From: an uncultured Candidatus Saccharibacteria bacterium
GTDB lineage: Bacteria; Patescibacteriota; Minisyncoccia; JAHISW01; Tagabacteraceae
DNA: 37,341 nt
Assembly (NCBI GenBank): GCA_964590835.1
Contig: CAZPYD010000004.1
Location: 6,913-44,253, forward strand
Direction: 5' to 3'
The notes below the pieces were generated by a model, which worked only from the letters and a program-made list of their open reading frames with translations, was not told the DNA's origin and did not search any database. The stretch's first letter is position 1; every line of letters starts with the position of its first letter. Below, piece by piece: positions 9,647 through 18,535 of this stretch. The position numbers and the translations under genes are program-made.

Positions 9647-10273
9647 ATGAAAACAATGAGTAATAAAATAATTTTAACTATAGTAATATTATCAGTTTTG
9701 GTGGTCGGTAGTTTTTATTTTTTTACAAAAGAAGATGTTGAAAATAAAAATGAACAACCGCCTATAATTATAATTGAAGAAAATAATATGTTTGCAGTTT
9801 TAAAAACTAATTTTGGGGATATTAAATTGGAGTTATTTAGTGAAGATGCACCAAATACAGTAGAAAATTTTGTAACTTTAATTGAGAGTGATTTTTATGA
9901 TGGTATAAGATTTCATAGAATAATTAAAGGGTTCATGCTTCAGGGTGGGGATCCTCTAAGTAAAGAAGAATCAATGAGGTCTCGTTGGGGTACTGGTGGA
10001 CCAGGCTATACTTTTGCTGATGAGATTCACTCAAATAATAAAAACAACACAGGGACAATTTCTATGGCGAATGCCGGACCTAATACAAATGGAAGCCAGT
10101 TTTTTATAAATACAGCGGATAATAATTTTTTAGATACAAAACATACTGTGTTTGGAAAAGTTGTGGAGGGGATGGATGTTGTAACCAAAATTGAAAATAC
10201 TGAAACAAATAAAATGGCTGGCGATCAACCAATTGAAGATGTAATTATAAATAATATCGAAATTATTAAATGA
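9647..10273 (+). CDS. Cyclophilin-type peptidyl-prolyl cis-trans isomerase with an N-terminal membrane anchor
   Basis: FHRIIKGFMLQGGDP and GSQFFIN motifs, plus an N-terminal hydrophobic helix. Confidence 0.9.
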   Translation: MKTMSNKIILTIVILSVLVVGSFYFFTKEDVENKNEQPPIIIIEENNMFAVLKTNFGDIKLELFSEDAPNTVENFVTLIESDFYDGIRFHRIIKGFMLQGGDPLSKEESMRSRWGTGGPGYTFADEIHSNNKNNTGTISMANAGPNTNGSQFFINTADNNFLDTKHTVFGKVVEGMDVVTKIENTETNKMAGDQPIEDVIINNIEIIK

Positions 10274-11916
10274 AAAAAATAAATATAAATAAAAAGTTTT
10301 TGATTTTTGGTTCGATTGGGGCTGTGGTTTTGATTATAATTCTCTTTTTTATTTTTGGAGGATCAAAAGAATTACCTTATGAATTTGTTGTAGCTGAAAA
10401 AGGAAAAGTTGTTCAAGAAATAAGTGTGACTGGGCGTGTTAAGCCTGCTGGCGATGTAGATCTTGCTTTTGAGCGGAGTGGAACCATTTCTAGAATATAT
10501 GCAAATATTGGAGACAGGGTAAAAGTAGGTCAGGCTTTGATAAGTTTAAATAGCTCGGAGTTGTCGGCTCAGTTGGCGCAAGCAGAGGCTGGAGTGGAAT
10601 CTGCCAAAGCGCAATTAGAGCAATATACTGCTGCTTTAGAAACAGAACAAGCTAGATTAACCGAGTTTGAAAAAGGCACAAGACCGGAAGAAATAGAGAT
10701 TCAGAAAGTTAAGGTTGCAAATGCGGAAGAGGCTTTGATAGATGCAAAACAAAACTTGGTAGATAAAATAAAAGATGCTTATACAAAATCAGATGATGCT
10801 ATTAGATTTAAAGTGGATCAGTTTATTAGTAATCCAAGAAGCTCTAATCCTCAACTGGATTTTTTAATTGCTAATTCTGAATTGGAATCAAAAATTGAAT
10901 TTAATAGATTTGTGCTTGAAGGGACTTTGAATACATGGCAGACCTCTATTGTAAGTTTGAACACCTCAGTTGGTTTGCAACCCTATGTAGTTACTGCGAA
11001 AGATAATTTAGATGAAGTAAAAAGTTTTTTAGAAGATGTTTCTTTTGCTGTTAATTCTTTGGTTGCTGGAGGCTCTTTAACTCAAACCACAATCGATGGA
11101 TGGAAAACAGCTATTTCTGGGGCAAGGACAAATGTTAACACCGCTATTGCTAATTTATCTGCCGCAGACGAAGAAGTAAGTGGTGCAGAGTCAAACTTAC
11201 AATTAGAAGAACAGACTTTGGCTTTGAAAGAAGCGGGGAGTACTCCAGAAGAAATCCTTGCTCAAAAAGCAAAAGTAAGACAAGCTGAGGCAAATGTTTC
11301 TTCGCAGAATGCGAAAATAAAAGAAGCAGAGGCTAATGCTCAAAATGTTAGAGCGAAACTTTTCAAGACAATTATTCGTACTCCAATAGATGGTATTGTT
11401 ACTAAACAGGAAATCGAAGTTGGGGAGATTGTGGCAGCTAATACTTCGGTTATTTCTGTTATTTCAGACAATAATTTTAAAATAGAAGCAGATATTCCAG
11501 AGGTGGATGTGGCTAAAATAGAAGTAGGTGATATTGCTGATATTACACTTGATGCTTACGGCGATGATGTTATTTTCCTAGCCGAAATTGTTGCAATTGA
11601 TCCGGCAGAGACAATCATTGAAGGTGTGCCAAGTTATACCACGACTTTAGAATTTAAAGAGGAAGATAGCCGTATTCGTTCTGGTATGACAGCTAATATA
11701 GATGTGGTAACTGAAAAATTGGAGAATGTGATCGTCATTCCTCAGAGAGCCGTAATAAGAAAAGATGGTAAGAAAATAGTGAGAGTTGTAATAGATGACA
11801 GAAAACAAAAAACAGAAGAAGTGGAAGTGGAAACTGGCCTTCGCGGTTCTTATGGTGAGGTTGAGATTTTAAGAGGAATCAGTGAGGGTGATAATGTTGT
11901 TACATATATAAAGTAA
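10270..11916 (+). CDS. Efflux periplasmic adaptor (HlyD/MacA-like membrane fusion protein) with a long coiled coil
   Basis: N-terminal TM helix, barrel-sandwich motifs (VKVGQALISL, PIDGIVT), an A/E/Q-rich hairpin and a C-terminal beta domain. It lies upstream of MacB-like genes. Confidence 0.8.
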   Translation: MKKININKKFLIFGSIGAVVLIIILFFIFGGSKELPYEFVVAEKGKVVQEISVTGRVKPAGDVDLAFERSGTISRIYANIGDRVKVGQALISLNSSELSAQLAQAEAGVESAKAQLEQYTAALETEQARLTEFEKGTRPEEIEIQKVKVANAEEALIDAKQNLVDKIKDAYTKSDDAIRFKVDQFISNPRSSNPQLDFLIANSELESKIEFNRFVLEGTLNTWQTSIVSLNTSVGLQPYVVTAKDNLDEVKSFLEDVSFAVNSLVAGGSLTQTTIDGWKTAISGARTNVNTAIANLSAADEEVSGAESNLQLEEQTLALKEAGSTPEEILAQKAKVRQAEANVSSQNAKIKEAEANAQNVRAKLFKTIIRTPIDGIVTKQEIEVGEIVAANTSVISVISDNNFKIEADIPEVDVAKIEVGDIADITLDAYGDDVIFLAEIVAIDPAETIIEGVPSYTTTLEFKEEDSRIRSGMTANIDVVTEKLENVIVIPQRAVIRKDGKKIVRVVIDDRKQKTEEVEVETGLRGSYGEVEILRGISEGDNVVTYIK

Positions 11917-11960
11917 GTTTTATTTTTAAAATAAGGAGCAATTGATTGTTAATTAGGACC

Positions 11961-12036
11961 CTAGAATTCAAATAAGGAATATTTGAATTCTAGATGAATC
12001 ATTTTAATAGTCGCTTTGCTCGTTTAAAATGATTCA
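11961..12036 (+). promoter_or_regulatory. Two consecutive perfect hairpins between the adaptor and ATPase genes. The second one sequesters the ATPase start codon.
   Basis: CTAGAATTCAAATA-AGGA-TATTTGAATTCTAG (11961-11993). TGAATCATTTTAA (11995-12007) pairs with TTAAAATGATTCA (12024-12036), which contains the ATG at 12029. Confidence 0.45.
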
Positions 12037-12754
12037 CATGAGCTTAATCGATATAAAAAACTTAGGAAAAATTTATGGTATTGATGATGAAGATGATGTA
12101 GAAACAGAAGCACTTAAAAATATTTCTTTTTCCATAGAAAAAGGAGAGTTTGTTACCATAATGGGGCCGTCTGGTTCTGGAAAATCTACATTAATGCACA
12201 TTGTTGGTTTATTAGATAAACCAACAAGTGGCCAGTATTTATTAAATAATGTTGATATAACTACCTTATCAGATAAAGAGTTGGCAAGGATGCGTAGTGC
12301 AGAGATTGGTTTTGTTTTTCAGGCTTTTAATTTGCTTGCCAGGACGTCTGTTTTAGAAAATACAAAACTCCCATTGCTTTATAGTAAGAAAAAATTTGAT
12401 CACGACAGACAAGCTAAAAAAGTTCTTAAGAGTGTTGGTCTTTCACATAGATTAGATCATCTTACAAATCAAATTTCTGGTGGTGAAAAACAAAGAGTAG
12501 CTATTGCTCGTGCGCTTATAAATAAACCTTCTATTATTCTAGCTGATGAACCAACAGGAAACTTGGATACTAAAAGTGGTGATCAAGTGATGGGTTTATT
12601 AAAAGATCTTAATAGAGAAGGCCATACGGTGGTAGTTGTGACTCATGAACAAGAAGTAGCCGAATTTGCAAAAAGAATAATCTTTGTTCGTGACGGTGAA
12701 TTGGTTAGCGACAAAATAGTTAAAAACAGAAGAACAAAATTGTTAAATAAATAA
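12029..12754 (+). CDS. MacB/LolD-type ABC transporter ATP-binding protein
   Basis: Walker [10 protein letters not shown], signature ISGGEKQR, Walker [12 protein letters not shown]. Confidence 0.9.
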   Translation: MIHMSLIDIKNLGKIYGIDDEDDVETEALKNISFSIEKGEFVTIMGPSGSGKSTLMHIVGLLDKPTSGQYLLNNVDITTLSDKELARMRSAEIGFVFQAFNLLARTSVLENTKLPLLYSKKKFDHDRQAKKVLKSVGLSHRLDHLTNQISGGEKQRVAIARALINKPSIILADEPTGNLDTKSGDQVMGLLKDLNREGHTVVVVTHEQEVAEFAKRIIFVRDGELVSDKIVKNRRTKLLNK

Positions 12755-14013
12755 TGGGCTCTTTTTTTGAAATTTTAAGGCAGCATATTAGAACGGCGAT
12801 TAAGTCCCTTCTATCCAACAAGGGTAGGAGCTTTTTAACTATGCTTGGTATTGTAATAGGTGTGGCTGCTGTGATTATGATTGTATCTGTGGGTGCTGGT
12901 GCGCAGAGTCTTATTTTAAACCAGGTAAAAACTTTGGGTAGTAACTTGATTGGGGTGCTACCTGGACATTCGGAAGAGGATAGTCCTTTTAGTGCGGCGG
13001 CTGGTTTTTCGGTGACTACTTTAACCTATGAAGATGCAAAGGCGCTTACTAACAAGAGAAATGTCCCTAACCTTGTAGATGTAGTTGCATATAGTAAAGG
13101 TGCCGGATCTGTGGTTTGGGGTGCCAATTCTTACGACACCCAAATTAACGGAGCTACTACCGGATATATGATAGTGGAAGGGGGAGAGCTCGCAGGAGGT
13201 AGATTTTTTACAGATGATGAGGAGAGAAATTTTGCTAGAGTTATTGTTTTAGGGTATAGCGTCAAAAAAGAACTTTTCGGTGAATCAGATGCTATTGGTA
13301 CTAAAGTAAGAATTAAAAACCAAAGCTTTGAGGTAATAGGGGTTATGAAAGAAAGAGGAGTGGTTGCTTTGCAGGATTATGATGATCAGGTTTTACTTCC
13401 TATAAAATCTGCTCAAAAACTTTTAGGGGTAAATCATATAGGACTTCTTCGGGCAAAAGTAGATAGTGAAGAAAATATTAAAAGAGCTATAGCTGATGTG
13501 GAAACCACCTTAAGAGAAAGACATGATATACAAGACCCATCAGGCAGAAGTGATGATTTTACAGTAAGGAGCGCAGCTGAGGCACTAGAGATTATAACCG
13601 TAATTACAGATTCTTTAAGATTTTTCTTGGCAGCTATGGCGGCTTTATCTCTTGTGGTTGGTGGAATAGGGATTATGAATATTATGCTTATAACAGTTAC
13701 AGAAAGGACGCGTGAAATAGGATTGAGAAAAGCTGTTGGTGCGCCTAGCTCTACAGTAATGGAGGAGTTTTTGACTGAGTCAGTCACAATTACTTTGTTG
13801 GGTGGTTTAATAGGAATTATTTTAGGAATAATAGCCTCCCTTTTGGTTGCTATGGTCATTCAGTTTTTGGGTTACGATTGGAGCTTTGTTGTTTCTTTTT
13901 TCTCAATAGTTTTGGCGGTTGTTGTTTCTACGGCTATTGGTTTGGTTTTCGGCCTTTATCCGGCTTATAAAGCCTCTAGGTTAAATCCAATAGAAGCGTT
14001 ACGGTATGAATAA
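12754..14013 (+). CDS. ABC transporter permease, MacB/FtsX-like (MacB periplasmic core domain plus FtsX domain)
   Basis: 419 aa with an N-terminal TM helix, a large extracytoplasmic domain, three C-terminal TM helices and the REIGLRKAVGA motif. Confidence 0.85.
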   Translation: MGSFFEILRQHIRTAIKSLLSNKGRSFLTMLGIVIGVAAVIMIVSVGAGAQSLILNQVKTLGSNLIGVLPGHSEEDSPFSAAAGFSVTTLTYEDAKALTNKRNVPNLVDVVAYSKGAGSVVWGANSYDTQINGATTGYMIVEGGELAGGRFFTDDEERNFARVIVLGYSVKKELFGESDAIGTKVRIKNQSFEVIGVMKERGVVALQDYDDQVLLPIKSAQKLLGVNHIGLLRAKVDSEENIKRAIADVETTLRERHDIQDPSGRSDDFTVRSAAEALEIITVITDSLRFFLAAMAALSLVVGGIGIMNIMLITVTERTREIGLRKAVGAPSSTVMEEFLTESVTITLLGGLIGIILGIIASLLVAMVIQFLGYDWSFVVSFFSIVLAVVVSTAIGLVFGLYPAYKASRLNPIEALRYE

Positions 14014-15295
14014 ATTTTTAATTTCATTTAAAATCGCACTTAAGGCACTTGGTTTACACAAAGTTAGAACAGCTTTGGCAGTTTTGGGTGTAATGATTGG
14101 TATGACCAGTGTTATTATTGTTTTTTCTGCGGGGGCTGGTATTGAGAATTTGGTTGTTGGACAGGTTGAGTCTTTTGGGGCTGAGACAATTCAAACAGAG
14201 GTAAAAGTTCCAAGCAGTAAAAAGGGTGCTGCGAGTGAATTTCAAAGTGGAGCAGGTTTGGCAACAGGAATACAAATAACCACTTTAACTCTTGATGACA
14301 TGGAAGATGTTAAAAGACTACCAAATATTAAAAACGGTTATGGTGCGGTGATGGTTCAGGAGTCTACAACATATGGTAATGAATTGCGCAGAACTTTTAT
14401 TTTTGGTGTTAGTTCTAGCTTTGTGAATATTGATCGTAGTGAAATTGATTACGGTCGTTTTTTTACTGAAACAGAAAATAGAGGACTTTCTCAGGTAGTA
14501 GTTCTTGGCCCTAAAATAAAAGAAAAATTATTTGGGGAGGGGGATGCGCTTGGTAAGTTTGTTAAGATAAGGAATACGAGGTTTAGAGTAATTGGTGTGC
14601 TACAAGAACAGGGTGCGGTTTTTGGTTTGGACTTTGATGATTTTATATATGCACCCATAAGAACTATGCAAAAGAAAGTCTTGGGTACAAATTATATTCA
14701 GTATATGCTTCACCAGGTTCACGATCTTTCTTTGGCCGATAGGACAGCCGAAGATATAAGAGTTTTATTAAGACAAAATCATGACATAGAGCCACCTACA
14801 GAAGCTCGTCAGGGTTGGGCTGATACTGGTAAGGATGACTTTAGGGTAGTGACTATGGAAGAAATGATGGATATTTTAGGGATTGTTACGGGGGCGTTAA
14901 CTTATTTGCTTCTTGCCATAGTTGCTATTTCTCTTTTTGTGGGAGGAGTAGGAATAATGAATGTTATGTATGTGATAGTAAACGAACGTACTTCGGAGAT
15001 AGGTTTAAGAAAAGCTGTTGGTGCTACTTATGCTAGTATTATGAGGCAGTTTTTAATGGAATCTGTTTTGATTACTTTTTGGGGTGGATTTGTTGGTGTG
15101 GTGGTAGGTATTTTGATTTCATATTTAATTTTTGTTGCGGCTACAGCTTTTGGTTTTGATTGGAGTTTTGTAGTACCGTTGAAGGCATTTGTTACGGCTG
15201 CAATTTTTTCTTTTGTTTTTGGTATTATTTTTGGAGTTTATCCGGCTCGTAAGGCAGCACGCATGGATCCGATTGATGCATTGAGGCATGAATAA
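14006..15295 (+). CDS. Second MacB/FtsX-like ABC permease (paralog of the preceding gene)
   Basis: Same architecture with the SEIGLRKAVGA motif. It overlaps the upstream gene by 8 nt. Confidence 0.85.
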   Translation: MNKFLISFKIALKALGLHKVRTALAVLGVMIGMTSVIIVFSAGAGIENLVVGQVESFGAETIQTEVKVPSSKKGAASEFQSGAGLATGIQITTLTLDDMEDVKRLPNIKNGYGAVMVQESTTYGNELRRTFIFGVSSSFVNIDRSEIDYGRFFTETENRGLSQVVVLGPKIKEKLFGEGDALGKFVKIRNTRFRVIGVLQEQGAVFGLDFDDFIYAPIRTMQKKVLGTNYIQYMLHQVHDLSLADRTAEDIRVLLRQNHDIEPPTEARQGWADTGKDDFRVVTMEEMMDILGIVTGALTYLLLAIVAISLFVGGVGIMNVMYVIVNERTSEIGLRKAVGATYASIMRQFLMESVLITFWGGFVGVVVGILISYLIFVAATAFGFDWSFVVPLKAFVTAAIFSFVFGIIFGVYPARKAARMDPIDALRHE

Positions 15296-15296
15296 A

Positions 15297-15705
15297 TTTC
15301 CCCAAACCACCACAAACCCCCTTTTCTCTCTTTGCATCCAAGAATAGAAAATTATAGTCATTCCACTTAACGAAAAATTCATATCTCGCCATGCGAGGCT
15401 CACACAGGATGAATTTTTCTATTCCACTCCTTAATTCCTGCCTGCCGGCAGGCAGGTTCTAATTCTTTCCGCAGAGTTCGAAAATAGAGTTGTGGAGGTT
15501 TGGGTTCCGGGAAGCCCCGTACCAAACAAAATCACAAAAACATTTTACACCAAGCAATTCCATTTCATTGTCAGGTATCAACACTTCTGAGTAGTATAAC
15601 TCCTCACGTTTTGATGAAAACACAGTCATACGGTCTGTTTTTGGATTTTAGTTTGGGGAGGGGTTTAGGCTAGTGAGAAAAAAGGGAGTTGTTGGTGGTT
15701 TGGAG
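15297..15705. other. GC-enriched non-coding element of ~400 nt closed by a ~30-bp inverted repeat (MITE-like element or structured RNA)
   Basis: CCCCAAACCACCACAAACCCCCTTTTCTCTC (15300-15330) pairs with GAGAAAAAAGGGAGTTGTTGGTGGTTTGGAG (15675-15705). Nested hairpins include the perfect 20-nt palindrome CCTGCCTGCCGGCAGGCAGG (15437-15456). No credible ORF. Confidence 0.55.
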
Positions 15706-15759
15706 AAGGGTTGATTTGTTTTGTTACTTAATTATTTTCTTTTGGGTTATAATTAGAGT

Positions 15760-16719
15760 ATGGAAAAAATAAAAGTAGGTGTGGTGCGTGGCGGGCCTTC
15801 GTCCGAATATGATGTTTCTCTTAAAACAGGGGGCGAAGTTTTGCGTCATCTTTCTGAAAAAAATAATGGCGTAGATATTCTTTTGGATAAAGAGGGAGAT
15901 TGGTTTTTGAAAGGATTTCCGACTAGTCCTGCCAAAGTTTTTAATGAGGTTGATGTGGTTTTTAATGCTTTGCATGGGGAGTTTGGAGAAGATGGAAAGA
16001 TTCAGCAGGTTTTTGAATCACATAATATTCCCTACACTGGTTCCGAAATTATTCCTTCGGCAATAGCGATGCAAAAACACCGCGCTCGCGATACTTTTTC
16101 TAAATTTGGATTAAAGGTCCCACAGGCTTTGGTTTTTTCAGATATAGAAAGTTCAGAAAAATGCGCTAAAGAAGTTTTTAATAAAATATCTCCGTCTTGG
16201 GTAGTGAAGCCGGCTTCTACTGGTTCTTCTGTAGGGATTAATATTTGTAATAGTTATCCAGAATTAATAGAGGGAATAAGAGAAGCGGCGAGTTATGGGA
16301 GTGTTGTCTTGGTGGAGGAGTGTATAAAAGGGCGAGAGGCGACATGTGGAGTTTTGGAAAATTACAGAGGTGAAAACTATTACGCCTTACCGGTAGTGGA
16401 AATTATCCCCCCAGAAAACACTTTTTTTGATTACAAAGTAAAATATGATGGTTCTACAAAAGAGATCTGCCCGGCGGGGTTTGATAATTCCACAAAGCTA
16501 TTAATTAGTGAGATGGCTAAGTTGGCTCATCAGGCGCTTGGGTGCAGGCATTATTCTCGCGCTGATTTTATTTTTTCTCCAAAGGGAATTTATTTGCTTG
16601 AGGTAAATACGCTTCCTGGTCTTACTTCTGAATCTCTCTTGCCAAAAGCCGCTGCTGCAGCAGGGCTTGAGTTCCCTCAATTACTTGACCATTTAATACA
16701 GCAAGCTTTGAGTAAGTAA
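15760..16719 (+). CDS. ddl: D-alanine--D-alanine ligase
   Basis: ATP-grasp ORF of 319 aa: KVGVVRGGPSSEYDVSL, ALHGEFGEDG, LEVNTLPGLT. Confidence 0.93.
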   Translation: MEKIKVGVVRGGPSSEYDVSLKTGGEVLRHLSEKNNGVDILLDKEGDWFLKGFPTSPAKVFNEVDVVFNALHGEFGEDGKIQQVFESHNIPYTGSEIIPSAIAMQKHRARDTFSKFGLKVPQALVFSDIESSEKCAKEVFNKISPSWVVKPASTGSSVGINICNSYPELIEGIREAASYGSVVLVEECIKGREATCGVLENYRGENYYALPVVEIIPPENTFFDYKVKYDGSTKEICPAGFDNSTKLLISEMAKLAHQALGCRHYSRADFIFSPKGIYLLEVNTLPGLTSESLLPKAAAAAGLEFPQLLDHLIQQALSK

Positions 16720-16736
16720 AATACAGAAATAAATAA

Positions 16737-16770
16737 AACAAGAACACCTACTAAAGGTGTTCTTGTTTTA
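16737..16770. terminator. Strong, probably bidirectional, terminator hairpin after ddl
   Basis: Perfect 13-bp stem AACAAGAACACCT / AGGTGTTCTTGTT with loop ACTAA, flanked by an A tract and a T tract. Confidence 0.8.
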
Positions 16771-16940
16771 TTTGTGGATTAGACAGGACTCGGTCACAAG
16801 TCCTCAAAAAATATACTTCGTTATTTTTTGGGCTTGCCGACCCCGCCTCCTTCGCTTCACTCAGTCCGGCTTTCTCGTCCTGTCGGCAATCTATCGAGCA
16901 AAACAAAAACACCCATTTAAGGGTGTTCCTGTTTTCCTCG

Positions 16941-17014
16941 TGGACCCGACAGGACTCGAACCTGCCACCTCTGGAATGCAAAACCAGTGCTCTAGCCAGA
17001 TGAGCTACGGGCCC
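16941..17014 (-). tRNA. tRNA-Ala (anticodon UGC)
   Basis: The reverse complement folds as GGGCCCG...CGGGTCC with the G3:U70 alanine identity pair. Anticodon loop TTTGCAT, T arm GCAGG-TTCGAGT-CCTGT. Confidence 0.9.
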
Positions 17015-17096
17015 AATTGATACTTTATTTATACAATCTTTTGAGACTTTTTTCAATACTATTGGTTTTTATTTCCCAAATTTTTTGCTAAAATTA

Positions 17097-17132
17097 AATT
17101 ACGTAATTAATTACGTAATTTAATACGTAAAT
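17097..17132. promoter_or_regulatory. Three tandem 12-bp ACGT-centred palindromic boxes (candidate operator)
   Basis: AATTACGTAATT (17097-17108), AATTACGTAATT (17109-17120) and TAATACGTAAAT (17121-17132). They end 6 nt before the ATG of the AbrB-like gene. Confidence 0.6.
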
Positions 17133-17138
17133 AATTTT

Positions 17139-17321
17139 ATGGCAAGAAGAAAACTAGAAGATAAAAATATTAGAAAAATATCAAAAGCTGGGCGTGGTAG
17201 TTATTATGTTACTTTGCCGATTGATGCTGTTCGCGAATTTAAGTGGAAAGAAAAACAAAAAGTTGTAATTGAAATAGATAAAAAACGTAAAAGAATTATT
17301 ATTAAAGATTGGGAAAAATAA
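17139..17321 (+). CDS. AbrB/MazE/SpoVT-family DNA-binding protein (60 aa)
   Basis: The swapped-hairpin pattern GRGSYYVTLPIDAVREFKWKEKQKVVIEIDKKRKRIIIKD is typical of SpoVT/AbrB domains. Confidence 0.7.
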   Translation: MARRKLEDKNIRKISKAGRGSYYVTLPIDAVREFKWKEKQKVVIEIDKKRKRIIIKDWEK

Positions 17322-17325
17322 AATT

Positions 17326-18501
17326 ATGGAGATTCAAAAAATATTTGTGGGAGGCTGGTTTCAGAGGACAACCTTGCATTTGTCAGAGATATACGACTTT
17401 TTGAAAGAAGCTGATTCTCCTTTGGACTTGGATAAACAGAAAATGAAAGATCTTCGTGATGCTTTGATGATAAAGAATGTGGAACTAGAGGTTGGCCATT
17501 TGGATTATATTAAATTAACAAGTACAACAAATATAGAAGTTAAAATTTTTGAAGATGGGCTTATCCTGCTTGGCAAGAAAAACGAAAAAGATGTTAAAAT
17601 TGATATCGCAGATCTAACATCTTATTATGAAGAAAAATTGTCACAGGCTATTAGTTATTTTTTTTCTCTTGGAGCTCCACTTCCAAAAGAGCTTGCTGAT
17701 ATAAAAACTATTTATCCTTATTTTGTTGTATTAAAAGATGCTCAAGAAGAAGACGTTAAGAATTTATTAAACGACTTTAGACAAGAAAAACATTTTGAAA
17801 TTAAAAAAGAAACATTTGAAATTTATCGCGGTAACAAGCTGTATATTTTAAATAATATTTCTGAAAAAATTGAGGACGTTGAAAAGTTTATTCAAGAAAG
17901 AATATTTGTAAGAGAATTTAAGGGGCAACTCCATCGTTATTTAAATTTGCATCGTATAATTTGGGAAAAGATAGCGGATGTTAAAGAAAAAGGAAAAATA
18001 AGAGGTAGTGAGGTGGGTGCGCTTAATGCTAAGGTTGAAAGTTATTCTAAGACTATAAATTTGATTGATGCAAGAATAAATCAGATGGGGACATATATTT
18101 CAATAAGAGAGTCTGTATTGAAAGATAATCCTGCTATGGAGAAATTTTGGGAGGTTTTGCATTTTAAATATGATACTTTAAAAAATACTCTTTCATATAT
18201 AAAAGATATTTGGAGGATGACAAAAAATTATGTTAATTCTGCGCTGGATTTGTTTTCTTCTATCCAGGCGAGAAGCACTGAGGCATCTGTCGAAAACTTA
18301 ACAATTATTACTTCGATGGGGGTGGGCGCTACTCTTATGGGTTTATTCTCTGAAGAACCACCAGAGTTTACGGTTTTTGGAGTGGGTTACTTTTTTGCTC
18401 TTGCTGTGATAGGATATTTTGCAAGTAAGTTTATTAAGAAAGTCGCTTTAAGAAGGATGTATGAGATAGACGACATCGAGGCGGCAAAAGACATTAAATA
18501 A
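17326..18501 (+). CDS. Unknown 391-aa protein: large cytoplasmic alpha-helical domain plus a C-terminal two-TM hairpin (CorA-like topology, no GMN motif)
   Basis: Starts 4 nt after the AbrB-like gene. C-terminus is ENLTIITSMGVGATLMGLF-SEEPPEF-TVFGVGYFFALAVIGYFASKFI. Confidence 0.6.
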   Translation: MEIQKIFVGGWFQRTTLHLSEIYDFLKEADSPLDLDKQKMKDLRDALMIKNVELEVGHLDYIKLTSTTNIEVKIFEDGLILLGKKNEKDVKIDIADLTSYYEEKLSQAISYFFSLGAPLPKELADIKTIYPYFVVLKDAQEEDVKNLLNDFRQEKHFEIKKETFEIYRGNKLYILNNISEKIEDVEKFIQERIFVREFKGQLHRYLNLHRIIWEKIADVKEKGKIRGSEVGALNAKVESYSKTINLIDARINQMGTYISIRESVLKDNPAMEKFWEVLHFKYDTLKNTLSYIKDIWRMTKNYVNSALDLFSSIQARSTEASVENLTIITSMGVGATLMGLFSEEPPEFTVFGVGYFFALAVIGYFASKFIKKVALRRMYEIDDIEAAKDIK

Positions 18502-18535
18502 GAAAATTACTAATAGTTAATAATTATATTTATTT

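Noticed and set aside
13434-13859. 141-aa minus-strand ORF, and the many similar 60-107-aa antisense ORFs in the track (e.g. 1456-1656, 8299-8613, 26265-26903)
   Set aside because: All are nested antisense within long ORFs that carry strong family motifs. None has an RBS or a recognisable motif.
15297-15705. RNase P RNA, tmRNA, SRP RNA or 6S RNA
   Set aside because: I could not find the conserved strings (GGAAAGUCCGG-type P4, a tRNA-like T arm with a tag ORF, the GGAAGCAGCC SRP motif) on either strand. The region is kept as an unclassified element.
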